Below, in pieces: positions 10,693 through 21,330 of a stretch of DNA of 64,000 bases (positions within the stretch are counted from its first letter, which is position 1; every line of letters starts with the position of its first letter). A model generated the notes under the pieces. That model had not been told where the DNA came from. It did no database searches and worked only from the letters and a program-made list of their open reading frames with translations. Both the position numbers and the translations under genes were made by a program. Source of the DNA: Octopus bimaculoides (lineage: Eukaryota); contig NC_069006.1 of the NCBI RefSeq assembly GCF_001194135.2, positions 4,251,368 through 4,315,367 of the forward strand, written 5' to 3'.

Positions 10693-13600
10693 TTGTATAA
10701 TTCATAGGATATTTGAATTAACCAGTTTAGTATTGAAACTGGCCGCCATGTCAAGCCCAAATATTCTACTTGCTTTATGTTCAAATCATTATGAAAATTA
10801 ACAGTCACATCTTTGAAATCTCAAAGATACAAGATAATGATTGATTAATTGAAAACAACGTGAATAATTAAACATTCAAGTAATGTGAATGTTAAAGGGT
10901 TCAATATTGAAATATTGCCATGCAGTATTTAGTTCTGATCTTTTACATTCTGATGTAAAATTCTGTTGATTATTGACTTTACATTTCCTCCTTCTCTAGC
11001 TAATATGTACGTGGAGGCGCAATGGCCCAGTGGTTAGGGCAGTGGACACGCGGTCATAGGATCGCGGTTTCGATTCCCAGACCGGGCGTTGTGAGTGTTT
11101 ATTGAGTGAAAACACCTAAAGCTCCACGAGGCTCTGGCAGGGGATGGTGGTGAACCCTGCTGTACTCTTTCACCACAACTTTCTCTCACTCTTACTTCCT
11201 GTTTCTGTTCTGCCTGTAATTCAAAGGGTCAGCCTTGTCACACTGTGTCACACTCCCCGAGAACTATGTTAAGGGTACACGTGCCTGTGGAGTGCTCAGC
11301 CACTTGCACGTTAATTTCACGAGCAGGCTGTTCCGTTGATCGGATCAACTGGGACCCTCGACGTCGTAAGCGACGGAGTGCCAACAACAGCTAATATGTA
11401 CCAGTCATATGTGAGGGTATAATCAACTATGCCAGCCCTTAAAATTTTCTGCTCTTGTACCATGTGAGAAATCATTATGTTACTAAGTATCTCTTTTCTC
11501 ATACAGGTTTGTCCGTTCCTGACCCCAAACGATTACGAATTCTAAATGGAGCCCTTGTCATCAAAGCAAATGTAAATATATTTTTATGCAATTTTCTTTC
11601 TATATTTTCCGATCCTTCTATTGTTTATGAGTTCACTCAGTTATTTTTGTGTGTGATTTAATCAATACATTTGAAAGTAAAGTTAATTAAAACTATGCTA
11701 AGCAGGAATGATTAAAATATAGGTGTGTACAGGTGGCGCCACATACAAATCACCTATGCCAGCTTCACACAAAAGCACCCAGTACGCTCTGTAAAGTGGC
11801 TGAAGGGCTGTTCAGGCTCTGTTTTGGCATGGTCTCTTACTGCTGGATGTCCTTCCTAATGCCAAATAGCAGAACTACGCAGAAACACTTGTCAGACATT
11901 TCAGTGACACCATTCATAGCCCGGTGTAGTGTGTTTTCACACACAAATTATGTATAAGGGTAATTTTTCCTCCAAAGCAGTTTCTGCAGTTAAAGTTTTT
12001 TCCATGTTTGAATACACACAAAGTTGTTCTATATTTAAGAGATGAGGAATTATGTACTTTATTTACATTTGATGGATATTTGTCCTCATCTTGTTTGTTG
12101 TTAACACAACGTTTCAGCTGATATACCCTCCAGCCTTCATCAGGTGTCTTGGGGACATTTCGAACCTGGGTTCTCATTCCTAAGGTATTTTTCAATGTTG
12201 TTGTTATTGTTATTATTATTATTATTATTGTTATTCAGGTCACTGCTTGGAATTGAACTTGGAATCTTGGGGCTAATAGCCCATGCTCTTAACCACAGGC
12301 ATATGGCATAGTGGTTAAGAGCACAGGCTACTAACCCCAAGATTCCGAGTTTGATTCCAAGTAGTGACCTGAATAATAATAATAATAGTAATAACATCGA
12401 AAGATACGTTAGGAACGAGAACCCAGGTTTGAAATTTCCCCAACACACCTGATGAAGGCTGGTGGGTATATCAGCTGAAACATTGTGTTATCATCAAACA
12501 AGATGAGGACAAGTATCCGTCAATTGTAAATAATGTAAATAGTGTACACAAAGTTGTTAATTATATCTGTACACACCTATATTTTAAAGCAAGTATGGGC
12601 AACCTTTTTTTTCTTTTTCTTTTTTTTTTGATAAGTCAGTTACATGAGACACGACTCATCATCAGGCAAAACACACAACTAAAAAGTTTTAATAAAAATT
12701 ATTTTTCTCATCCAATTCGGCCTGCCATTCAGAAAGTACTGCAGGCCAGTTTGCCCAGGACTGATGATCGAAAGTATTATTAATGTCTTGAAATTATCTC
12801 CCTTCCCTTTTCCATAATCTCTCACATTTAGAATTAAGTCTTTTTGTTTTGTTCCTCCAGTTACAAACGAAATTGTTTTTGCCTGTGTCATTCAATGCAA
12901 TTCCTCTTAAATTATTTACACTGGTATGCCTGTATGGTTAAGCTATTTATTTCACAACAATATGGCTTTGAGTTCAGTCCCACTCTGTTGCACTTAGGGC
13001 AGGTGTCTTCTACTATAAACCACAGGGCAACTAATCCCTCTTTATAGGGAACATATGGAAGGGGTAGACCCAGGATATATGGGACAAAGTGGTGAGAAAG
13101 GATCTACAGACATTAAGACTCACAGAGAGGATGACCGAGGACCTGGCAGTTTGCTGTACTTGAAAAAGTGGTTGGCATTAGGAAGGGCATCCAGCTGTAG
13201 AAACCCTGCCAAAACAAACATGATGTTTGGGCAGCTCTTTAGCTGGCCAGCGCCTGTCTAACCAGCCAACCCAGCAGGGTTAGGGTTAGGAAGGGCATCC
13301 AATCATAGAAACCATGCCAAATCACACAGTAGCCTGGTGTAGTCTTCTACCTGGCTGGCTCCTGTCAAACCATCCAACCCATGCTAGCAATGACGATGAT
13401 AATAGAGAGAGATAATCATATACAGTAGTGTGTATTCTTTTCCTGTTTGGATTTCCTGTCATAAACAAAACCCATCCTCAGTTCCCACCCCCCTGCATGC
13501 CAAGTGCTTACCATGTATGAACCATTGATCCAAACGAATCAGAATTACAAAATCAACCCTTCTGGGATTTGAACCTGATAACCACCTCCCATCCTCGCAT

Positions 13601-15512
13601 AGGCAACAGCAACCCCTATTAGATATGTAATTTCATAACTCTTCTGTCTTCATTCATATTTCTTACATTCATGCTACAGAAAAGCCAACTTGTTGACCCG
13701 GCCCAGGCCATGCGTGAGTTGGGCTTGAAGCAGCACCAGCTTCGGTTCACATCTACTATTTCACTCGATGACGATGGTCCCATCTCTGATAGCGCTGACA
13801 AACTTTACCAAAAAATTAAAAAGTAAGTTAACCTGCCTTATCCATATTTTTTTTTGTTCACTTGGTTTATTCGGATGAATTTTCATCTCTCTTTCTGTCT
13901 GTCTATCTTTGTCTCTCTCTCTCTCTCTGATATTTGTTTTTTTTACACAGTAAGTCTATAAGAAACGTTATCTTTGGATAAATACTGCCGTAACAGGCCT
14001 ATCAACCATGTATATTCATCAAGTATGATACATAGATGACTATTGTAATTTGATATTGTCTCATTCTCATATACCAGATATATATAATGTAGTTGTATAT
14101 GTGTTGTTGAAGACTGTATCAAACTAAAACTATATTTCCAGCAAATTAAAAGACTACCCAATTCATTACTCATCGGACGGTTCCATCACAATTGCTGACA
14201 CAGTTCTAGTAAAAGTGTCCGGAGATGAAGAAACCAAAGATATCGCTGTTTCATGGCTCCATCAGGTCAGTGTTCTTTTGTTTTCCTTTTTTTTTTCATT
14301 TTATTTTGTTGTATTTTGAAAGAAAAATAACATCATTGGTTGCTAGTTTCCAATGAACCAACCATTGCATTTATAAGGGATTGTCTGTGTAACTCAGGTG
14401 GAACAAGTATCACAGGGGACTTTCATTTGTAACAACAAATTTGTTTTCCCTCTAGTTTTCCCTCATTAGTTTATATTTTTACACAGACATTAATTAGTTC
14501 ATTCATCGTTGTTGATGATGACCAAGGATGTCACATGACATAAGCAGACAAGGCACGGTGTGTCTGGCTCTCACCGATCAGTCTGATGCGTGCTTGGAAG
14601 GTTCTGCTGCAGATCAAGCATGAACTACACAGCCTTATATATATATACACATATATATATATATATATATATATANNNNNNNNNNNNNNNNNNNNNNNNN
14701 NNNNNNNNNNNNNNNNNNNNNNNNNNNNNNNNNNNNNNNNNNNNNNNNNNNNNNNNNNNNNNNNNNNNNNNNNNNNNNNNNNNNNNNNNNNNNNNNNNNN
14801 NNNNNNNNNNNNNNNNNNNNNNNNNNNNNNNNNNNNNNNNNNNNNNNNNNNNNNNNNNNNNNNNNNNNNNNNNNNNNNNNNNNNNNNNNNNNNNNNNNNN
14901 NNNNNNNNNNNNNNNNNNNNNNNNNNNNNNNNNNNNNNNNNNNNNNNNNNNNNNNNNNNNNNNNNNNNNNNNNNNNNNNNNNNNNNNNNNNNNNNNNNNN
15001 NNNNNNNNNNNNNNNNNNNNNNNNNNNNNNNNNNNNNNNNNNNNNNNNNNNNNNNNNNNNNNNNNNNNNNNNNNNNNNNNNNNNNNNNNNNNNNNNNNNN
15101 NNNNNNNNNNNNNNNNNNNNNNNNNNNNNNNNNNNNNNNNNNNNNNNNNNNNNNNNNNNNNNNNNNNNNNNNNNNNNNNNNNNNNNNNNNNNNNNNNNNN
15201 NNNNNNNNNNNNNNNNNNNNNNNNNNNNNNNNNNNNNNNNNNNNNNNNNNNNNNNNNNNNNNNNNNNNNNNNNNNNNNNNNNNNNNNNNNNNNNNNNNNN
15301 NNNNNNNNNNNNNNNNNNNNNNNNNNNNNNNNNNNNNNNNNNNNNNNNNNNNNNNNNNNNNNNNNNNNNNNNNNNNNNNNNNNNNNNNNNNNNNNTCTTC
15401 GTTTCAGCATGCTGTGTATTTATAGTGAAAAATATTGTGTATAGTTAGACGTTCTAACGTCTATTTTTCAGCATATTGGCAGAAAAAATTTTCTTTTACC
15501 CTTATTTATAAT

Positions 15513-15570
<58 letters not shown>

Positions 15571-16857
15571 GCTTCTTTCAGTTTCCGTGTACCAAATCCA
15601 CTCTTAAGGCTTTGGTCAGCTTGAGTCTATAGTAGAAGACACTTGCCCAAGGTGCCACGCAGTGGGACTGAACCTGGAACCATGTGGTTGGGAAGCAAGC
15701 TTCTTACATTAAGTGTATGCACATACAAAACATTGTTACAGATCAGTGCTGGCCATAATATCTATAGAAAATCTGTAGAGATAACCTTAGTAAGTGGATA
15801 GGACCAAGACGTCTGGCACCTTACTGTACTGAAGAAGACCTCTACTCCACAGCAGAAGTGTTGATATCTAATGCCTCTAGTGGTGAAAAGCACTTGTGGC
15901 TGTGTCACATAAAAACGCTCATGCAGCACCATGTAAAAATGGTTTTGCAGTGCCATGTAAAAGCACCCAGCACACTCTGTAAAGTGGTTAACAATAGGAT
16001 GGGCGTCCAGCCATAGGAACCATGCCAAATCAGACTGGAGTCTGGTGCAGCTCCCCAGCTTGCTAGCTCTGGTCAAACTGTCCAACCCATGCCAGCATGG
16101 ACACTGGAAGTTAAATAATGATGATGATGATATATCTATATATTTTGCATCATCATCATCGTCGTTTAACGTCCACTTTCCATGCTGTCATGGGTTGGAC
16201 AATTTGACTGAGGACTGGCAAGCCAGGAGGCTGCACCAGGTTCCAATCTGATCTGGCAAGGTTTCTACAGCTGGATGCCCTTCCTAATGCCAACCGCTCC
16301 GAGAGTGTAGTGAGTACTTTTTACATGCTACTGGCACATGAGCCAGTCAGGTGGCACTGGCATTGACCATGCTCGAATGGTGCTTTTTACATGTCACTGG
16401 CACATGAGCCAGTCAGGCGCCACTGACAATGATCGTGCTCGAATGGTGCTTTTCATGTGCCACCGGCATGGGTGCCAGTCAGGTACCACTGGCTTCAACC
16501 ACGCTCAAATGATGCTCTTTACGTGCCACCAGCATTGGCATTGGCCACGCTCGAATGGTGCTTATATAATGATATACACGCGCACATTGCCAAAATATAG
16601 TATTTATATAAAATTATATGTCAAATCGTCCAACCCATGCTAGCATGGAAAGCGGACGTTAAACGATGATGATGATGATGATGATGTAAGAATAGAAGTC
16701 ACTAATACTGTTGTTGATACTGAAAATAAGGGAACCAAGTATTTCTAATATGTTTTTATGCTAACATTGTTTCACTCTTTTTTTCTTCTAATTACAGGAT
16801 GAAGAATTAGGCAGTTATTTATTGAAGATTCTAGAATCTGGTCTGGAAGGAACATAA
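666..16857 (+). CDS. INTS11: Integrator complex subunit 11 (CPSF3-like metallo-beta-lactamase/beta-CASP endonuclease), multi-exon, 5'-partial
   Basis: Manually spliced exons 666-764, 980-1107 (partial), 1528-1647, 2969-3064, 4497-4619, 6375-6461, 7753-7809 (partial), 9141-9251, 11507-11571, 13680-13822, 14142-14265 and 16798-16857 keep phase. They give INTS11 peptides [72 protein letters not shown] and C-terminal DEELGSYL. Confidence 0.96.
819..900. repeat. (CT)n / pyrimidine-rich tract
   Basis: Direct reading. Confidence 0.9.
970..979. other. Assembly gap (10-N placeholder)
   Basis: Other gaps: 5578-5942, 7348-7752, 10069-10078, 14676-15395, 23567-23576, 36565-37029, 38666-38832, 46839-47158. 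Confidence 0.99.
980..1107 (+). CDS. INTS11: INTS11 coding exon, 5' end lost in N-gap ([15 protein letters not shown]...VEKGGK)
   Basis: Begins directly after Ns at 970-979; gtaagt donor at 1108; ESTY motif. Confidence 0.93.
1528..1647 (+). CDS. INTS11: INTS11 coding exon ([40 protein letters not shown])
   Basis: ctccag acceptor; ends AAG|gctagt (GC donor); joins in frame to ANHYY exon. Confidence 0.92.
2969..3064 (+). CDS. INTS11: INTS11 coding exon ([32 protein letters not shown])
   Basis: ttttgtag acceptor, gtattg donor, 96 nt. Confidence 0.95.
4497..4619 (+). CDS. INTS11: INTS11 coding exon ([41 protein letters not shown])
   Basis: tttcag acceptor, gtaagt donor, 123 nt. Confidence 0.95.
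6375..6461 (+). CDS. INTS11: INTS11 coding exon ([29 protein letters not shown])
   Basis: tttcag acceptor, gtgagt donor, 87 nt. Confidence 0.95.
7753..7809 (+). CDS. INTS11: INTS11 coding exon, 3' part only ([19 protein letters not shown])
   Basis: Starts right after gap 7348-7752; beta-CASP HGE motif; gtaagt donor at 7810. Confidence 0.9.
8005..8114 (+). mobile_element. 5'-truncated copy of the hammerhead-tail element
   Basis: GGCTGGAGTGTATATCAGCCAAAACGTTGTGTTAACAACAAACAAGATGAGGAC...CTCTTAAATATAGAAC matches the tail of the 12029-12545 arms. Confidence 0.75.
9141..9251 (+). CDS. INTS11: INTS11 coding exon ([16 protein letters not shown]...LLKREASLS)
   Basis: ctttcag acceptor, gtttgt donor, 111 nt, phase 1/1; PANGET motif. 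Confidence 0.93.
10022..10360 (+). mobile_element. SINE family A copy (contains 10-N gap)
   Basis: Near-identical to 11011-11388; sits just downstream of an older related SINE (~9665-10015). Confidence 0.85.
11011..11388 (+). mobile_element. Young tRNA-derived SINE (family A), full length with TSD
   Basis: Head GTGGAGGCGCAATGGCCCAGTGG...GGTTTCGATTCCC; tail GTGCCAACAAC; perfect 13-bp TSD AGCTAATATGTAC at 10998-11010 and 11389-11401. Confidence 0.88.
11507..11571 (+). CDS. INTS11: INTS11 coding exon ([22 protein letters not shown])
   Basis: atacag acceptor, gtaaat donor, 65 nt, phase 1/0; aligns to the C-terminal region (PEAKKPRLLHGTLIMKD in human). Confidence 0.82.
12103..12148 (-). ncRNA. 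Minimal type I hammerhead ribozyme-like motif
   Basis: Minus strand reads GACAC-CTGATGA-A-GGCTG-gagggtatat-CAGCT-GAAA-CGTT-GTGTT: core CUGAUGA/GAAA, helix II GGCUG/CAGCU, palindromic AACGUU helix III, GUU site, helix I GACAC/GUGUU. Confidence 0.6.
12444..12489 (+). ncRNA. Degenerate second hammerhead-like motif
   Basis: CACAC-CTGATGA-A-GGCTG-gtgggtatat-CAGCT-GAAA-CATT-GTGTT; helix III palindrome broken (AACATT). Confidence 0.45.
13680..13822 (+). CDS. INTS11: INTS11 coding exon ([25 protein letters not shown]...KLYQKIK)
   Basis: ctacag acceptor, gtaagt donor, 143 nt, phase 0/2; ELGL..HQLRFT conserved. Confidence 0.92.
14142..14265 (+). CDS. INTS11: INTS11 coding exon ([17 protein letters not shown]...DIAVSWLHQ)
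   Basis: ttccag acceptor, gtcagt donor, 124 nt, phase 2/0; DGS and VSW conserved. Confidence 0.9.
16798..16857 (+). CDS. INTS11: INTS11 terminal coding exon ([19 protein letters not shown])
   Basis: Polypyrimidine tract plus ttacag acceptor; TAA at 16855-16857. Confidence 0.93.
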   Translation, partial: DEELGSYLLKILESGLEGT

Positions 16858-16947
16858 ATCCCCTCCTCTTAATGTAATTATAATTCTATTAAGGACCCTT
16901 TTCTTTCTTTTTCTTAGCTAAAAATATGATACTTTCTACATTGTGAA

Positions 16948-16953
16948 ATTAAA
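16948..16953 (+). promoter_or_regulatory. Candidate INTS11 polyadenylation signal (ATTAAA)
   Basis: Variant hexamer ~90 nt after the stop, followed by a G/T-rich tract; no transcript evidence. Confidence 0.3.
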
Positions 16954-19900
16954 TAATAGGGATGTTTTTTTTTTCTTAAAATACGAAACAAACAGTCTGT
17001 GTTCTGATTTTATTCCTGAAAAGGAAAAGGTCTCTTATCTCTGGACTTCATATTTGCTGGAGAACAGAAGGAATTCGGTCCTTTTGTTACCATATTTCTG
17101 TTGTAATACACTGCTTTTTTTTTGTTTTTGAAGAATTTTGTAAAATAACTTTGTCATTATGAAGTTGTGATTGGAAATTTGAATGGAAGGTTTTAAATCA
17201 GATCGATTTAAACAAGAAGTTTGTACCACAAAACCAGGGGGGGGGGGTTCAGTTGGGTTGGTATCAAAAGGGCCATGGAATTTGTTGTATGCAGAAATTA
17301 TCCTCAGATTTCAGAAGTTTTTGAGTTCTAATAACCACAAATACTTCACTACGTAGTACAGAATAGTCTCAAATGTATTTCTTAAGAGAAGCATGGCTGG
17401 GTAGTTAAGAAGTTTGCTTTACAACATCATGGTTTTGGGTTCAGTCCCGCTGCTAGACACTCTGGACAAGTGTCTCATATTACACCTTCAGGTTGACCAA
17501 AGCCCTGTGAGTGAATCTGGTAAGTGGAAACTGTAGAGAAGCCTGTCAAGTGTGTTCTCTCACCTTACCATGACATTGTGAAGGTGCATGGCTTAGTGCT
17601 TAGGGTATTTGACTCATGATCATAGGATCATGAGTTCAATTCCTAGCTGTGCATTCTTGAGCAAGACACTTTATTTCACATTTCTCCAGTCCATTCCACT
17701 GGCAAAAATGAGTTGCGAGCCTTGTTGCATTCTGTGTCACACTGAATCTACCTGAAGGATACCCATATCTATGGAATACTCAGCCACTTGCACGTTAATT
17801 ACACAAGCAGGCTGTTCCATTGATTGGATTAATCGAAACACTTGTCATCATATCCAACGGAGTGGCAATTCCTTTCTGGACATCACATGCTAATTGCAAA
17901 CAAACAACTCTAACACACAAGTCTTGCTGTTCGTTTATGATCTTCTGTGCTCAGGAGAAAATATTTCCTTGCCGGGAAACAAGGTGAAGAATGGAGGTTG
18001 GTGACAGGAAGAGCATCTGGCCATAGAAAATCTGCCTCAGTGAATCATATCTGACCCATACCAGCATGGATATATAGGCATTAAATGATTGCCAGTCATA
18101 CAAGCAGCATTGTTCATTTCCAATATTCTTCCCCAAATTTAACTGGCCATGGGGAAATATTTCCTTGTTTGAAAATAGGTGAGAGTAGGCAACAGGAAAC
18201 ATCCAGATACAGAAAATCTGACTCATCATCATCATCATAAAGATAACTTTATTCACTTTTCCAGGCAAGCAACGAAAAAAGGACATCATTACGATGATGA
18301 ATGTGAGAATCTGTTACTTATGATATGGATCTTGTGTCACTTGTATGTATTCGTACAAGGCAACAACACTATAACAAAGCTTTGGCCCAGGGTTATAGTA
18401 GAAGATTCTTACCCAAGGTGGGACTGAACTTGAAACAATTTGGTCGGGAAGTAAACATCTTAGTCATATAGCAATACTTGTGCCTCTGTATAATATAATA
18501 TTGTCCTTGTCTTGTGAGCTCACAGGCGCTGGTGACACACAAAAGGCACTTGTTTTGATGTCACATGGAAACCACATGCTGGTGGCATATATAAAAATAC
18601 CCAGCACACCATTTAAAGTGGTTGGCATTAGAAAGGGCATCCAGCCCGTTAATTTGCTCTAATTTAATTCTATGTTCTGACTAAGATGTCTTGCAAACAA
18701 CTCGCACATGCAAGTGCTACCAGTCGAGAACTCCGCATACCGGAAGCCAGCAAGTGTATGGGGTCATCAGGAGAGAATGCACGCCGTTTCGGGGCCTACC
18801 CTCTCAACAGCATCAATGCACACCGGCCACCCTCACTGATATGAGGCCCTACTTGCTAGATCAACTGATTAATAAAACAAAGCTCAATATTTCTCTAGCC
18901 ATCTCTCATCGTCTCTTTTTGACCAAATCCAGTGGCTAGCCTTCTCCACTGTATTTTGGATATCGGTCATGGTGGTATTTACCTTACGATGAATTAAATT
19001 TAGTGACTCTGCTTTATTTCATGCATTCACCTTGTGTCCTTTAAAAGTGAACTTTTGACTGTCTTCTAATTTGCATACTGGTTTGTTCCGAAAGAGGCAT
19101 GGTACTTTTTGCACATGGATCTTTAGGTTCTGGTTTTTTTTTTGTTTTTAATCAGCGTGTATTTCTGAGTATATATTGCATTGTATTTGCTCACATATTG
19201 ACTCCATTATTGGCTTGCATTTGAGTAATGCAATCCAAGTTAATAATTCTGTATTAAAACATAACATAGCCATAGAAAATATGCTAAAACAGACAGTTTG
19301 GTTCAGCTCTCCAGCTGGCCAACTCCTGTCGAAATATCCAACCCATGCCAGCATGGAAAACAAACGATAAATGATGATGATGATTATCATCTATTCCAAC
19401 ACCTAGTATATGATATAAAGTTTATCATATATTGCATCAATATGTATAGCATGTAATACATATCATATATAACAATATATGGTTTATGATGTGTTTTATT
19501 ACATATTCTAACAATGTATAACATGTAATATATATAAGAGTATATATTCAACACCGTATAGTACATGATGTAAATTTTGTTATGTATTTCAACAATATGT
19601 AATATAATAAGTATATTTCTCAACTATTCCAACAATATATACAATGTATAACATCTTGTTCCCCAACAATACAGTTTTATCATTTGTGATAATTTATACC
19701 CTTATATTTATGACAAATGTATAACATAATCTGAAGGATGTTATGCATACGTACATACATATATGCACACACGTATATATATATATATATATATATATCA
19801 TCATCATCATCATCATCATCATCGTTTAACATCCGCTTTCTATGCTAGCATGGGTTGGACGATTTGACTGAGGACTGGTGGACCAGGAGGCGACACCAGG

Positions 19901-20062
19901 CTCCAATCTGATTTGGCAGAGTTTCTACAGCTGGATGCCCTTCCTAACGCCAACCACTCCGAGAGTATAGTGGGTGTTTTACATGCCACCAGCATGAGGG
20001 CCAATCAGGTGGAACTGGCGACGGCCACACTCAAAATGGTGTGTTTTACGTGCCACCTGCAC

Positions 20063-20094
<32 letters not shown>

Positions 20095-20433
20095 ACATAT
20101 ATGCACACATGTGTACACATATACACACATAGATGTTATTAAATGAATTATTGTTTCTTCTAATGGAAGAGGAGTCTATCAATTCACCTCAAACAAATAA
20201 ATACATGAATGCATTACATAGACTCATCAGTTAACCTCAGCTTTTTAGATCAAAAGTGGAAGGATGCTGGTTTGCCCGTCCACCCCATGTGTGTGTATGT
20301 GTGTCTGACTCTCAAGTTTCTTAATCAAATACGAATACATACAACAGAAGTAACAGACTCGCACACATCCACACATTCCTCATCATAATGGTGTCCACTT
20401 TTCCCTGCTTGCCTGGAAAAGTGAACAAAGTTA

Positions 20434-20640
20434 TCTGGGACTTTGCACCAGCCACAGATTTGGTCTGTAGCACTCAGCAAGCTGTCCCTCAGGAATTCCC
20501 AGTTGCCCTTTATGTCACAAACCTGTAGCTGCTCCTCCCTTTCCCCAAATTTCTCAATTAGGATGTCCCTAAATCTTTGACCCAGCGAGCCAAGCAAAAT
20601 TGCAGTCGTGGCAGATACACAACCCTGCAATGGACCAGCC
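20434..20640 (-). mobile_element. RTE LINE fragment (EN-RT linker)
   Basis: Minus frame NWEFLRDSLLSATDQICGWCKVP resembles the RTE linker; recognised by eye. Confidence 0.55.
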
Positions 20641-21330
20641 TTCTAATTAAGGGGATTGTTGACTTGCTTGCCTTGGCAGCAGGGTGGCATCATTTGAAAG
20701 CTGAAAAAAACAATGCAAAGTGCATTGTGACCAGCAATGTATAACAACATGTGATAAGTTTGGTTGATCACATGATCACATCACAAGAAGAATAAAACCA
20801 ATTTCCAAAGATGAATTTGAAGAATTTCTCTTTCAGAAAATTGAAAATATTGAAAAGGATGTATTTCAATTTTAATGAAAAAAATGTTTTGATTTGTCTA
20901 GTTTCAGTGAAAATAACATTAATGAGGAAGAAACCTGCGTCATTGAATGGAATTATTGATACCATGCCAGAATTATCTTCCAAAATATCAGGCTGCACAC
21001 AAAAATTTAAGCAGCCACCAAATGAAATGAAATGGTTACAACCAGGAATACAAACGAAATTGGATTGAATCCCTGTTTCATGGAAACTTCTTGTCTATTC
21101 TACATATTCCTCAAATTGATACTACAAAGACCCCAAATTTGTAAAGGTGGCTAGAGCTGAGTCAATCAAATAGTTTGCTCAGCTGAAAGAGGACAAAACT
21201 CAAACACTACTGAATGTAAACTGAGAATTTATAAAGGATCTAACTTATATTTTAAACTCTTAGTCTTCTGTTCTATCATTTTGTGCTAAAACTTTTACCT
21301 TTGCTAGATTTACTTTAAGACTTCTCAATT

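Larger units (their letters stand above)
12029..12545. mobile_element. Palindromic (head-to-head) non-autonomous retroelement: tRNA-like head + (AAT)n + Penelope/retrozyme-like tail
   Basis: Arms ~12029-12295 (minus) and ~12297-12545 (plus) are reverse complements; 13-bp direct repeat ACACAAAGTTGTT at 12016-12028 and 12546-12558; A box TGGCATAGTGG at 12304-12314 and B-box-like GAGTTTGATTCC at 12347-12358. Confidence 0.8.

Noticed and set aside
11011-11085. tRNA-like sequences with A and B boxes (also 12297-12370 and the heads of SINE B and C)
   Set aside because: No complete cloverleaf or acceptor stem; each continues into a repeated SINE body, so these are SINE heads rather than tRNA genes
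13277-13290. GGGTTAGGGTTAGG telomere-like motif
   Set aside because: Only two units and it runs into the GTTAGGAAGGG of an RTE tail; not an interstitial telomere array
14586-15444. Long ORFs in the track spanning N-gaps (also 5421-6024, 7292-7925, 36481-37228, 46553-47305)
   Set aside because: They are open only because Ns contain no stop codons
19390-19790. Very AT-rich block with a repeated CTATTCCAACA
   Set aside because: Looks like decayed TA-rich low-complexity sequence; no consistent period or structure
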